Of a stretch of DNA of 64,000 bases, positions 34,544 through 43,459 are shown in pieces. This DNA is from a virus. Numbering within the stretch: position 1 is the stretch's first letter; each line of letters opens with the position of its first letter. Location: IMG/VR virus record IMGVR_UViG_3300042508_000910. One strand, given 5' to 3'. Made by a program: the position numbers and the translations under genes. Under the pieces are notes generated by a model. It was not told the DNA's origin, did no database searches, and saw nothing but the letters and a program-made list of their open reading frames with translations.

Positions 34544-34616
34544 TAAGTCGTTGAGTATCAAGCACTTACGCGCGCGGGGACCGCGCTTTTGTAAGTTGTT
34601 GATTATCAACAGGATA
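34544..34616. repeat. 73-bp paired-palindrome element, copy 2
   Basis: TAAGTCGTTGAgtaTCAAGCACTTA - cgcgcgcggggaccgcgcttttg - TAAGTTGTTGAttaTCAACAGGATA. Confidence 0.92.
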
Positions 34617-34893
34617 TTTTTGTTGACTATTTAAGAAACTGTTGTATATTAAACCTATGACAAACAACAACACCTCAAACTGGGAAGCTCCTAAGTGGAC
34701 TCCTTACTACACCAAGATGATTTTTGGTGAGCGTAGGGCTTACATTATGGACGCTCGAATCCGTGAAGCAACCAAGAAAAGCACATACACCTTGCAAGAC
34801 CTTTACAAGATCAGCAAGGCTTTTAATGTAGCGTTCAAGCTCGTTCCAGAGCCTAGCGAATTTCCAACGGAGATTTCAGCGGCGTAAAATGTT

Positions 34894-34966
34894 GGGCGTA
34901 TAGCTCAGGGGTTAGAGCGGAGAACTCATAATTCTTTGGTCCTAGGTTCAAATCCTAGTGCGCCCA
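34894..34966 (+). tRNA. tRNA with CAU anticodon (Ile2 or elongator Met)
   Basis: GGGCGTA/TGCGCCC acceptor; GAGAA-CTCATAA-TTCTT anticodon arm. Confidence 0.9.
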
Positions 34967-34974
34967 AAGCTTTC

Positions 34975-35046
34975 GGATCGCTAGCTCAATGGTAGAGCAG
35001 TTGGCTTTTAACCAATTGGTTGTAGGTTCGAGTCCTACGCGATCCA
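34975..35046 (+). tRNA. tRNA-Lys(UUU)
   Basis: GGATCGC/GCGATCC acceptor; GTTGG-CTTTTAA-CCAAT anticodon arm. Confidence 0.93.
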
Positions 35047-35243
35047 AAAAAGTTTAAGAAAACCCTTGACAAAAAAGTAAACCCTGTTAAACTAAAAACA
35101 ATGAAAGATTTGTTAGAGCAAAGCTATCTTATAGCTCCTACTTACCATTGGATGCTTAATGGCTATGCAAAACATACAGAATTGACAGAAGAAGATATCA
35201 AGGCATACTTCAAAGCAAAAGCAGAAAAGGAGAATCAAAACAA

Positions 35244-35639
35244 ATGAAACATATCAAACTATATAAACAAAACCTCGGAGCCCATTGGGTTATTGGAATT
35301 AAAGGTTCCAAAGATCGAATTGAGCAATTCCATAATCGAGTCTACAATTGGGGTGGAACAAAAGGCGAGCTTCAATGGATGGCAGATGACTTCGCTTATT
35401 TTTGGATTACCCTTGAGAAGTTGGAGCGTGTGATGTTTAAGTATGTTATGAATAGTATGAGCGATAAACTTGGTAAAAAATTTCGTGGTTCCAAGGGCGG
35501 ACTAAAGGAAGTTGTGTTGAATCGTGTGAAGAATACGATCAGCAAGATTCCTAGCGAGTTCTTTGTTCGCACAGCACAGGTTGAGCCTACCTATGCTCTC
35601 GGACAAGTTTCGGCTGAAAAGTTAGATACTGACAGCTAA
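35244..35639 (+). CDS. Hypothetical protein, paralog family A (copy 1)
   Basis: Shares FHN..YN....GEL..M...AYF and FVRT...LG...AEK with the ORFs at 41645 and 44492. Confidence 0.75.
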   Translation: MKHIKLYKQNLGAHWVIGIKGSKDRIEQFHNRVYNWGGTKGELQWMADDFAYFWITLEKLERVMFKYVMNSMSDKLGKKFRGSKGGLKEVVLNRVKNTISKIPSEFFVRTAQVEPTYALGQVSAEKLDTDS

Positions 35640-35645
35640 AAAATC

Positions 35646-35718
35646 CGCCTAGTAGCCCAATGGCAGAGGCAAACGACTTAAAATCGTTATAGTGTCAGTT
35701 CGAGTCTGACCTAGGCGA
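35646..35718 (+). tRNA. tRNA-Leu(UAA) with short variable loop
   Basis: CGCCTAG/CTAGGCG acceptor; AACGA-CTTAAAA-TCGTT anticodon arm; only 5 nt (ATAGT) before the T arm. Confidence 0.85.
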
Positions 35719-35728
35719 AAACTTTGTT

Positions 35729-35800
35729 GCTCCTATAGCTTAATGGATAAAGTGAATGTCTTCTAAACATTCTATGCAGGTTCAATTCCTGCTAGGAGCA
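35729..35800 (+). tRNA. tRNA-Arg(UCU)
   Basis: GCTCCTA/TAGGAGC acceptor; AATGT-CTTCTAA-ACATT anticodon arm. Confidence 0.88.
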
Positions 35801-35850
35801 TTAGTTCAAAAAGATAATCTATTTAAATCTAATCTAGTGTAACTATAAGT

Positions 35851-36372
35851 ATGAATAAAACTCTGTTAAAGCAATATATAGATTCTGGCTATTCTTCTTA
35901 TAAGATAGCTAATATTTCTAATAAAGGCCAAACTACAATAAGATACTGGCTCAAAAAATATAATTTATTTACCAAAGGAAACAAAAGATATACTAAAATA
36001 ATAAATGGAGATACTCATATTAAATGTGGAAACTGTGATAAATTTTATTCAAAAGATAATTTCTATAAAAAAACAAAAAAGTCATTTATGAGTTATTGCA
36101 AAGAATGCTTTAATGAATACGCAAAAGAGAGATGGAAAGCTAGAAAACGTAAGGCTATTGAATATAAAGGCGGTAAATGCTCTTCTTGTGGCTATAATAA
36201 ATATCCAGATGTTCTTGAATTTCATCATAGAGATGCAGAAACAAAAGAATTTGATTGGAAAAAACTTCGTCAGATGTCTTGGGATAAAGTAACAAAAGAA
36301 TTAGATAAGTGTGATATGCTTTGCGCTAATTGTCATAGAGAGCGACATTATGAAATATTTTCACAAAAGTAG
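35851..36372 (+). CDS. HNH endonuclease with N-terminal HTH and Zn finger
   Basis: KGGKCSSCGY...LEFHH...KCDMLCANCHRERH. Confidence 0.85.
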   Translation: MNKTLLKQYIDSGYSSYKIANISNKGQTTIRYWLKKYNLFTKGNKRYTKIINGDTHIKCGNCDKFYSKDNFYKKTKKSFMSYCKECFNEYAKERWKARKRKAIEYKGGKCSSCGYNKYPDVLEFHHRDAETKEFDWKKLRQMSWDKVTKELDKCDMLCANCHRERHYEIFSQK

Positions 36373-36735
36373 AAGTCTTATGTAAAGTCTTTATGTGAGA
36401 TGGTTCGAAAGAAATTTTTGGTGGATTTTTCTTATTATGATTTGTGGAAGTATATCGTGGGGATTGATGATTGAGATCTGGAAAATAGTGATTACACATC
36501 TCAAATAGTTTTTCCAAAATATTTTTGGGCATATAAATTAATATTGAAATATAGTTCATGCTACTGTAAAATACTATATATGAAGCATAATAATAGATTC
36601 GACAAGAAAATCGAAGAGAAAATCTTAAGCGAGATCGATCATAAAGATCTACGCCAAATAGATCAAATGCTTGCCGAATTAGAGATCATCTGGAAAAAGT
36701 GGGTTAAGTCTCATCCAGATTGGAAGTCTCACGAA

Positions 36736-36808
36736 TAAGTTGTTGATACTCAAGTAGTTACAAAAGCGGGGAGCCCCGCGTCGTAAGTCGTTGACAGTCA
36801 ATGAGATA
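36736..36808. repeat. 73-bp paired-palindrome element, copy 3
   Basis: TAAGTTGTTGAtacTCAAGTAGTTA - caaaagcggggagccccgcgtcg - TAAGTCGTTGAcagTCAATGAGATA. Confidence 0.92.
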
Positions 36809-36967
36809 CAAAACTTGACAATTATTAAATCTATATTACAATTTGTATATGCGGTTAGTTAAAACTATTATTTGTTTTCCTTTTGTTCAGATTCATTGTG
36901 AGGGACAAAGCCTTTTAACTTGGAAGCTGTGGCACATTATCTGCTATATTCTGGCATCAATGTATCT

Positions 36968-37309
36968 ATGAAAGCAAAACACAAAGTATATTATAACTTG
37001 CATAAACATTGTTTAAGTATTATGCTTAAAGGCAAAGTCCTACAACATAGTTCAGAGTTCTTTCTTAAAGATGTTGATTTTAGGGTGAGTCAAGCAGGTC
37101 GCTCCAGGGTTCTGCGAGAGAAGCGTAAGAATGTTCACGCTTTTGTTTGTGGCACTCCAGATGAAGGTTGGCCTATTGACCAACTAGAGCGTCGTGTAAC
37201 CTATAATCCTTATAAGTATCATAGTTTTGTTTATGCAGACACAAAGAAACCAGTATACAAGGCTAAATGGGCTGGTGTTATTGGTCGTGAAATTTTCGTA
37301 TTAAACTAA
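36968..37309 (+). CDS. Conserved hypothetical phage protein
   Basis: VYYNLHK...FRVSQAGRSRVLREKRKNVHAFV...VTYNPYK; ATG 36968 preferred over TTG 36920. Confidence 0.7.
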   Translation: MKAKHKVYYNLHKHCLSIMLKGKVLQHSSEFFLKDVDFRVSQAGRSRVLREKRKNVHAFVCGTPDEGWPIDQLERRVTYNPYKYHSFVYADTKKPVYKAKWAGVIGREIFVLN

Positions 37310-37558
37310 TTGACAAACAGAAAAAACATAGTATAATTATAAAATGGAAATCACTAAAACCAAAAAGACCAACGGAGGGTATGAGTTCTTTGGCTCTGAC
37401 CCTAAAACTAAAGCGGAAATTTTGTTGGGCAACCTCAAGGCTTTGCCCGAAGGCGGATACGGAATCTTCAAGAGCGATGCCAAGGCGGGTAAAGATGTTC
37501 AAGTCTCCTATATTGGTGCTAACTTGAATATCGAATCCTTTTTGCCCAAGGAGCTGTA

Positions 37559-37918
37559 ATGAAAGTCCTCGAAGAATCTTTCTCTAGCAAAGGCTTCAAA
37601 CTTCAGCAGGTTAGGCGTGATGGCGACATCGCCATCTACAAAAAGCAACTCGATGACCCCGAATGTGAAAACTATCATTATGAAGTTATCGCAATCAAGC
37701 GTCACAATGGTTATGAGATTGCTGGCGTAAAGATGCCTCCCGCTGAAATGTATCCTAGCGATAGTCAATGGGGCGATTGGGCTTTCACTTGCACTACTAT
37801 CGAAGATGCCAACAGGCGTTTCGGTGAATTGCAAGAGAAACTAACAAACTATAATGCAACCGCAATTCTGCCTAGTGGTGAGAAGCGTGGGCGTGGTCGT
37901 CCTCGCAAAATCGCTTGA
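37559..37918 (+). CDS. Hypothetical protein with C-terminal AT-hook
   Basis: Ends KRGRGRPRKIA. Confidence 0.6.
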   Translation: MKVLEESFSSKGFKLQQVRRDGDIAIYKKQLDDPECENYHYEVIAIKRHNGYEIAGVKMPPAEMYPSDSQWGDWAFTCTTIEDANRRFGELQEKLTNYNATAILPSGEKRGRGRPRKIA

Positions 37919-38352
37919 CAGAATAACAAAACATATTACAATCACAACTATGACCTATAAGTGTGCTGTAAGTGGTGAGGCAATCCCTCCAGAGAGAGTC
38001 GAGGCTCTGCAAGTCCTTGGCGTTCCAGAAGCTCTTTGGACTAAAAAAGAGCATAGTCAAACACGAAAGCTCAAAGCTGTTTATGCTGGCGATGATGGTA
38101 GTAATGATATTATTATCTGCGACAATGTAGATGGTGGCAATCTGTTTGAAAATGAAGCAATAGCGGAGACTGAAATTGACAACTAAATTTATCGTTTTGC
38201 GTGATGGCATCAGAGTTAGCGATGATATGCACGATAAGATGGAATCTGCCGAACAAGAGGCAAATCATTGGCGTGAGATCATCAAGCGTTGGCCTGATGG
38301 CACAAAAGTCACGATCAAAAAAATCGGAGGCTGACACTAGCTACGGAGCTAT

Positions 38353-38443
38353 GCGAGGGTCGTCTAACTGGTTAAGACCCCAGACTTATACTCTGGTCGC
38401 TCTAGATTTGGGCAAAATGAAGGTTCGAATCCTTCCCCTCGTA
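38353..38443 (+). tRNA. tRNA with UAU anticodon (nominally Ile) and long variable arm
   Basis: GCGAGGG/CCCTCGT acceptor, A73; CCAGA-CTTATAC-TCTGG anticodon arm; ~22-nt variable region with GCTC/GGGC stem; GAAGG-TTCGAAT-CCTTC T arm. Confidence 0.82.
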
Positions 38444-38517
38444 AATCCTTAACAATCAAAGAGAAAAAAAAGAAAAAAAATCTTTGACAAAAAAGAAAGA
38501 TATGGTAGGATAAGACT

Positions 38518-38778
38518 ATGACAAAACAAAACAACATTACCCTATGGGAGATGATTAAGGGGCTGTTCTGGTTCGTGCTAGGACAGAGGTATATCATCAA
38601 CTATACGCCTTACAATGGAACCGAGGCTTATACTTACATCATCGGTGTTCCTACAACCCATTACATTTCCAAGAAGGGCAAAAAGCTCTTTATTACTTGG
38701 TGCTTTTCTGGTCGTGACGGATTCGGACATCGTCAGTTCCGTTATGATAGAATTGCTGGTGGTCTCTCGCCAGTATAA
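38518..38778 (+). CDS. Small WYL/SH3-like protein
   Basis: C-terminal RQFRYDRI resembles the WYL RxFRxDRI motif. Confidence 0.4.
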   Translation: MTKQNNITLWEMIKGLFWFVLGQRYIINYTPYNGTEAYTYIIGVPTTHYISKKGKKLFITWCFSGRDGFGHRQFRYDRIAGGLSPV

Positions 38779-38829
38779 CAACAGAGAGATGGGTGGGGTT
38801 TTTTATTTCCCCTTCCCTTCATATAGAAA

Positions 38830-38860
38830 GGGCGAGACCTAAAAAATCTCGCCTTTTTTA
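38830..38860 (+). terminator. Intrinsic terminator
   Basis: GGCGAGA/TCTCGCC hairpin followed by TTTTTT. Confidence 0.78.
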
Positions 38861-38895
38861 TTTGACGCTAAATTAAATTATGATAAGATTTAAAT

Positions 38896-39024
38896 AGTTC
38901 TTTCCGCAATGAGTGAGGATGACTTCCTCCATAGAGCCATTGAAGCCCCAATGCCCAGAGTCTGAGGCAATTAAAGGTGGGAATATATTCTCTTTGATTC
39001 TAGAGCAGAGAGAGCGGAAGAATT
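38896..39024 (+). ncRNA. Candidate ~130-nt multi-stem ncRNA
   Basis: TTGACG...TGaTAAGAT promoter; 5' TTCTTTCCGC pairs with 3' GCGGAAGAA, enclosing four hairpins. Confidence 0.55.
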
Positions 39025-39205
39025 ATTTATTACGCCAGCCGTTTCTGTGATTGAAGTTCCAATCTAACAAAGCCCATTCAAATCCAACATCGCGTCCAGC
39101 TTTCTCACTTTCAATCCATTTGTGTTTTAAGATTTCTTCTCGTTCTTTGAGGAATTGTTTATATAATGCAGAGTTTTCTAGTATACCGCTGACTTTTGAG
39201 TTCAT
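39023..39205 (-). CDS. DUF4032-like small protein
   Basis: SALYKQFLKEREEILKHKWIESEKAGRDVGFEWALLDW. Confidence 0.7.
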   Translation of the reverse strand: MNSKVSGILENSALYKQFLKEREEILKHKWIESEKAGRDVGFEWALLDWNFNHRNGWRNK

Positions 39206-39289
39206 ATCTAAATTCTAATTTAGATTACACCAAATAGCAAATATGATTTGCAATATAGGTAAATAAATAATATAATAATACAACATATT

Positions 39290-39361
39290 GGGGCTATCGT
39301 CTAATGGTTAGGACTCCTCGCTTTCAATGAGGGTGTATCGGTTCGAATCCGTTTAGCCCTA
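39290..39361 (+). tRNA. tRNA-Glu(UUC)
   Basis: GGGGCTA/TAGCCCT acceptor; CCTCG-CTTTCAA-TGAGG anticodon arm; one T-stem mismatch. Confidence 0.85.
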
Positions 39362-39378
39362 TATACTTGTGATAGTTA

Positions 39379-39451
39379 TAAGTGCTTAATTATCAAAGAT
39401 TTACAGCGGCGGGCTCCCTTGTTTCATAACTCTTTGATATTCAATGAAATT
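39379..39451. repeat. 73-bp paired-palindrome element, copy 4
   Basis: TAAGTGCTTAAttaTCAAAGATTTA - cagcggcgggctcccttgtttca - TAACTCTTTGAtatTCAATGAAATT. Confidence 0.85.
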
Positions 39452-39491
39452 TAAATGTAGACATAAATTAAAACTATGATACTATATAAAA

Positions 39492-39959
39492 ATGACAACC
39501 ACACTAACACAAAAAGTCAAAAAAACAATGCGTGGACATTTAGCAGCAACAATCAGGACTTCGTTCTCCACATCGAAGTCTCGCCAAACTCCTTCTCTTA
39601 GGATGGGGGTTTATTGCTTGATTAAAGCAAGCCCAAGGTGGGGATGGCGTGTTTATATCGGTGCATCTCGTGATATTCGAGTGCGTTGGTATCAACACCG
39701 CTCTCTTCATGGAAATGGAACGGGTTGGAACATTGGAATGTTTCAAGTCGTAAGCGTTCCATCTTCACCTATGCTTAATTATATTGAGCAGATAACAATC
39801 AACACAGCCAAAGAACTTGCAAACAAGTACAAGTATAAGATTCAAAACAAGATTGATCCTTTGTATCAAATTATTGATACAGATTCAAAAATTGAAAAGA
39901 AACTTATCAACATATTTGCACGATTCAAACTTGGAGAAAGGGGATTTAGCCTAGTTTAA
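39492..39959 (+). CDS. GIY-YIG nuclease-like protein
   Basis: GVYCL...VYIGASRDIRVRWYQH...E. Confidence 0.7.
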   Translation: MTTTLTQKVKKTMRGHLAATIRTSFSTSKSRQTPSLRMGVYCLIKASPRWGWRVYIGASRDIRVRWYQHRSLHGNGTGWNIGMFQVVSVPSSPMLNYIEQITINTAKELANKYKYKIQNKIDPLYQIIDTDSKIEKKLINIFARFKLGERGFSLV

Positions 39960-39977
39960 TTTGTTAGTGAACTGGCG

Positions 39978-40050
39978 TAAGTCGTTGATTATCAGCGGCT
40001 TACGTCAGCGACCTCCCTGCGGTTGTAAGTCATTGATACTCAACGAGATT
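39978..40050. repeat. 73-bp paired-palindrome element, copy 5
   Basis: TAAGTCGTTGAttaTCAGCGGCTTA - cgtcagcgacctccctgcggttg - TAAGTCATTGAtacTCAACGAGATT. Confidence 0.92.
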
Positions 40051-40100
40051 TAACTGCAAAAAAAACTTGTCACAAGAAAAAAAAGTGATAAAGTTTATCT

Positions 40101-40736
40101 ATGTTCAAAAACAAAAAGCAAGCCGAAGCTATTGTCGGCACATTATCTAAACCTTCGAAGATGCCAGGTTATGCTTATTCAACGCCAGCGAAGCGTTGCA
40201 TTATCGGACAGAAAATGCGTCAAGTTGCGGGAAGCATTTGTGCGTTCTGCTATGCTCTTAAAGGGCGTTATGTTTTCCCTAATGTTCAAGCGGCGATGGA
40301 AAAGCGTTTCGCTTCTCTTACTCACGATCTTTGGGTGGATGCGATGACTTACCTTATTAACAAAGCAAACAACCCTCACTTCCGTTGGCACGATTCGGGA
40401 GATTTGCAAGGCATTTGGCATCTCGAAAAGATTGTCAAAGTCGCAAAGAATCTTCCACATATTTCTTTTTGGTTGCCTACTCGTGAATACTCTTTTGTTT
40501 CAGAGTATATAGCAAAAGGCGGTGAGGTTCCTTTTAATCTTACTATCCGCTTGTCTGCTCTTATGATGAACGGCCCCGCACCCGTTGGCTTGGCTGAGAG
40601 ACTTGGCCTTTGTGTTAGTGGTGCGAGCAACAAGGGAGAGTTTAATTGCCCATCCTCTAAACAAGGCAACAAGTGCGGTTCGTGCCGTGCGTGTTGGCAT
40701 AAGAATGAGTTTGCAATTAACTACAAAAAGCATTAA
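40101..40736 (+). CDS. Gp88-like Cys-rich phage protein
   Basis: LSKPSKMPG, C...CAFCYALKGRY, FRWHDSGD, WLPTRE, and C-terminal C..C..C. Confidence 0.72.
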   Translation: MFKNKKQAEAIVGTLSKPSKMPGYAYSTPAKRCIIGQKMRQVAGSICAFCYALKGRYVFPNVQAAMEKRFASLTHDLWVDAMTYLINKANNPHFRWHDSGDLQGIWHLEKIVKVAKNLPHISFWLPTREYSFVSEYIAKGGEVPFNLTIRLSALMMNGPAPVGLAERLGLCVSGASNKGEFNCPSSKQGNKCGSCRACWHKNEFAINYKKH

Positions 40737-40944
40737 GATGTTCCAATGGAAATCTTAATCTTAATCCTTGGAATTATAATCAGCTTGTTAATCTAAAATG
40801 AATATTGAAAAATTATTAAACGAAAATCTTGAAACCTTTTATCCGTGGAGCGACAACGATAATCCTCCACTCGATGCTGGAAAAACTTTTCTACAAAAAG
40901 AAAGAGAGATAGACGAATTTTTTGAGGGTTGGCGAGCCTCAATG

Positions 40945-41017
40945 TAAGTCTCTGATTATCAAAGACTTACGAGAGCGCCCTCCCCGCCGCCGTAAGTCGT
41001 TGATAGTTAACTACTTA
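40945..41017. repeat. 73-bp paired-palindrome element, copy 6 (at the convergence point of transcription)
   Basis: TAAGTCTCTGAttaTCAAAGACTTA - cgagagcgccctccccgccgccg - TAAGTCGTTGAtagTTAACTACTTA. Confidence 0.92.
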
Positions 41018-41126
41018 CGCTTACGCTCCCAAAGCCATACAGCAAAGTTGATAAGGGTTTCTAATGAGGCAAGAGCAAGGAAAAAAATTCCAAGCCCCGC
41101 GATTGCGAGTATATATTTTTCCATAA

Positions 41127-41399
41127 TTATTCTCCGCAGATTTCTGGATCACCAGCCCAACCGAAGTCTTCCATCTGGTAGCACCCGCCACCATAGTCCT
41201 CGTCTGTGCCGTGACCCGCAGAGGCCATAGCAGAATCGAAGTCGCCATCCATCGATTCGTCCACATCCGAGAGGTTAGATTGAGAAGATGCGAGGATGCG
41301 CTCGTCATCACGCGTCATCTCGTTAAGGATGTCGCGCACATCTAACCGAGTCAGCATGTGCTGGTTCATCCACTCCTTGAGTGAGGCTTTGTAGTCCAT
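41127..41399 (-). CDS. Acidic hypothetical protein
   Basis: MDYKASLKEW...DGDFDSAMASAGHGTDEDYG; start follows a GGAGGT Shine-Dalgarno. Confidence 0.65.
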   Translation of the reverse strand: MDYKASLKEWMNQHMLTRLDVRDILNEMTRDDERILASSQSNLSDVDESMDGDFDSAMASAGHGTDEDYGGGCYQMEDFGWAGDPEICGE

Positions 41400-41400
41400 A

Positions 41401-41625
41401 TTATTTGACCTCCATTCCATTCTGACAGGTGAGGCGAAAAGGAACAGCCTTCGCGCCGAAGAAGTTGGTGACCTCGGTATCCCTCTCATCGTAAGAGGGA
41501 GCCATCTTGTCGAGCATCTCGTTGATGGCATCAGGGGAGTTGATGTAGTCGAAGAAAGCCTCCGCATCAGCAAAGGCTTCGGTGCAGTTAATCGAGGCTA
41601 GGTAGGATATGTCGTTGTTGTTCAT
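41401..41625 (-). CDS. Hypothetical protein
   Basis: 74-aa ORF with its own TTGACA/TACATT promoter. Confidence 0.65.
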   Translation of the reverse strand: MNNNDISYLASINCTEAFADAEAFFDYINSPDAINEMLDKMAPSYDERDTEVTNFFGAKAVPFRLTCQNGMEVK

Positions 41626-41644
41626 ATAGGTAATGTATCACAGA

Positions 41645-42010
41645 TTACGATTCTGTCAAAGATTTTCTATAAGAATATTCCATTGAATGACAACGTCTTA
41701 CAAAAGTTGCTGGTTTTATTTCTGAAATGATTTGATCTGCTAGGGCTTCGCCGTGAGAGTTCCAATCACCTTGAGCAAAAGATGATTCGAGATTCGTGGC
41801 GAGTGCGAGAGATAAAGCCCTGCGAAACTTCGCTGGTTCTGCATAAAAGTAAAATGCTTTCTCGCCACCAAGATTTTTCAAACGATAATTAGTCCCGCCA
41901 AAATTGTAAATTGCATTGTAGAATCTTTCAGCAGATGCGAAATCAGTCTCTAATAAATAGGCGAGGTTAGGGCCAAAAGGTTCAGAGAAGATTCTTATTT
42001 TGTTTTGCAT
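41645..42010 (-). CDS. Hypothetical protein, paralog family A (copy 2)
   Basis: PFG...AYLLE...FYNAIYN...KAFYFYAEP...FVR. Confidence 0.72.
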   Translation of the reverse strand: MQNKIRIFSEPFGPNLAYLLETDFASAERFYNAIYNFGGTNYRLKNLGGEKAFYFYAEPAKFRRALSLALATNLESSFAQGDWNSHGEALADQIISEIKPATFVRRCHSMEYSYRKSLTES

Positions 42011-42051
42011 AAAAAAAGGATATCAGATTTTTTATTTTTGTCAAGCTTTTG

Positions 42052-42124
42052 TAAGTTGTTGATAGTCAAGGACTTGCGCGCGCGGGGGCTCTTCGTGCGT
42101 AAGTCGTTGATGCTTAGAGACTTA
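42052..42124. repeat. 73-bp paired-palindrome element, copy 7
   Basis: TAAGTTGTTGAtagTCAAGGACTTG - cgcgcgcgggggctcttcgtgcg - TAAGTCGTTGAtgcTTAGAGACTTA. Confidence 0.92.
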
Positions 42125-42263
42125 CAACAGGTCTCGAAGGTTCAAACAACTCGCAGAAAGATAGTAAAAAAATCTTTCCCTCAAAAAGTTTTTATTCTCG
42201 CCGTGAAAAACTGCGAGACGAAAAGTTTTTTTATTTATTTGGAAAAGAATCTTTTTCATCTTT

Positions 42264-42554
42264 TTAGACTCCTTCCGCTTTGGCGATGTCTCTGCCAATT
42301 TCAACCGAGAGGTTGAGTTGATCCACGAGGTGCTGATTCTTTGCCAGCTTCGTGATGGTCACAGCTTTTTCGGTTGCCCAATCCCAGCGAGAGGAATATC
42401 CTGCACCTTGACTCACGCTGATTTTGATGAAGGTGTTTTCGTCTTTCACATAAAGGATTTCCTCGGTAGGAAGCCAAGGAGTTTTCGTCCTGTCATTGGT
42501 CAAGAGGTAGAAGGTTCCGATTTCGGGTTGAATTGCTTTGTTCTTATCTTTCAT
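42264..42554 (-). CDS. Hypothetical protein
   Basis: 96-aa ORF with a TTGACA promoter directly beside a solo palindrome. Confidence 0.65.
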   Translation of the reverse strand: MKDKNKAIQPEIGTFYLLTNDRTKTPWLPTEEILYVKDENTFIKISVSQGAGYSSRWDWATEKAVTITKLAKNQHLVDQLNLSVEIGRDIAKAEGV

Positions 42555-42594
42555 ACTTTTATCCTATCAGATTTTTTGATTTTGTCAACTTTTA

Positions 42595-42619
42595 TTTTGC
42601 GTTGATCTTCAACGACTTA
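42595..42619. repeat. Solo 25-bp palindrome
   Basis: ttttGCGTTGAtctTCAACGACTTA. Confidence 0.75.
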
Positions 42620-43044
42620 GGACTTCTTTCCATAAAGTTTTGCCTTTTTCAAGGCGTGAAGTCTGGCTTTCTCTGGATTGTTTCCTTTCCATTCAGCCCA
42701 ACGCTTGCGGTTAAGTTCCCACTTGCGTTGGTTATCTTCGTATCTTTTAATGTCATCTTGATTCATTTTATTTATTACCTTTCTTGATGAATTCTGCTTT
42801 TTTAAGGTAGATCGTTGTGGTCTTACCTTTATCCTCACCTTCGAGGATTTCAGCAACAGCGGTTTCTGCTGTAGTTTTATAAACGAGTTTGACTAAAACT
42901 CCTTCGTATAAGTAAACATCACCGAAAAAGGTTTCGGTGTTTGTGTAGACTTTAGAAGCATCTACTTTGCTTGATGCCTTACGCATCGTTTCACGCATCA
43001 GCTTTCGCTGATAGTTCCAATTTATCATTCTATGCATTGTCTTA

Positions 43045-43191
43045 TTATCCTTTCTTAAGAGTTTCGATTTCGTCAATTTTGACGATGATTTTTTCCATCC
43101 GCTTTGCGGATTCTTGGTAAGCCTTGGAAATTTCTTCCAAGCGGCGAATTGTTTCATTGAGGTCGAATTTGATTTTGGTTTTTGTTTTCAT
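43045..43191 (-). CDS. Small protein, paralog family B (copy 1)
   Basis: MKTKTKIKFDLNETIRRLEEISKAYQESAKRMEKII. Confidence 0.72.
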   Translation of the reverse strand: MKTKTKIKFDLNETIRRLEEISKAYQESAKRMEKIIVKIDEIETLKKG

Positions 43192-43260
43192 TTTTTTCTT
43201 CTTTCTTTCTACCTTTAATCTATCACATTTTTCATTTTTCGCAAGAAAAATCTTCATTTA

Positions 43261-43333
43261 AATTTCATTGACCATCAACGAGTTACAACGCAAGGGAGGC
43301 GGCTTATGTAAGTTCTTGATAGTTAAGAACTTA
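43261..43333. repeat. 73-bp paired-palindrome element, copy 8
   Basis: AATTTCATTGAccaTCAACGAGTTA - caacgcaagggaggcggcttatg - TAAGTTCTTGAtagTTAAGAACTTA. Confidence 0.88.
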
Positions 43334-43344
43334 GGTTTTATGCG

Positions 43345-43411
43345 TTCCATCAGGTTTTGGTCAAAGATCATTCGTGATCTTTTCGCTTCCATCAGGTTTT
43401 GTCGCAAGATC
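43345..43411. repeat. Two direct repeats TTCCATCAGGTTTTG..AAGATC
   Basis: Copies start at 43345 and 43387 (42-bp period), between elements 8 and 9. Confidence 0.8.
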
Positions 43412-43459
43412 GAACTGGAAAGCATAACATTAAAATGTTGTGCCCAATTTATTTGGATA

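Noticed and set aside
38201-38452. 83-aa ORF
   Set aside because: It overlaps the UAU tRNA gene and another reading frame.
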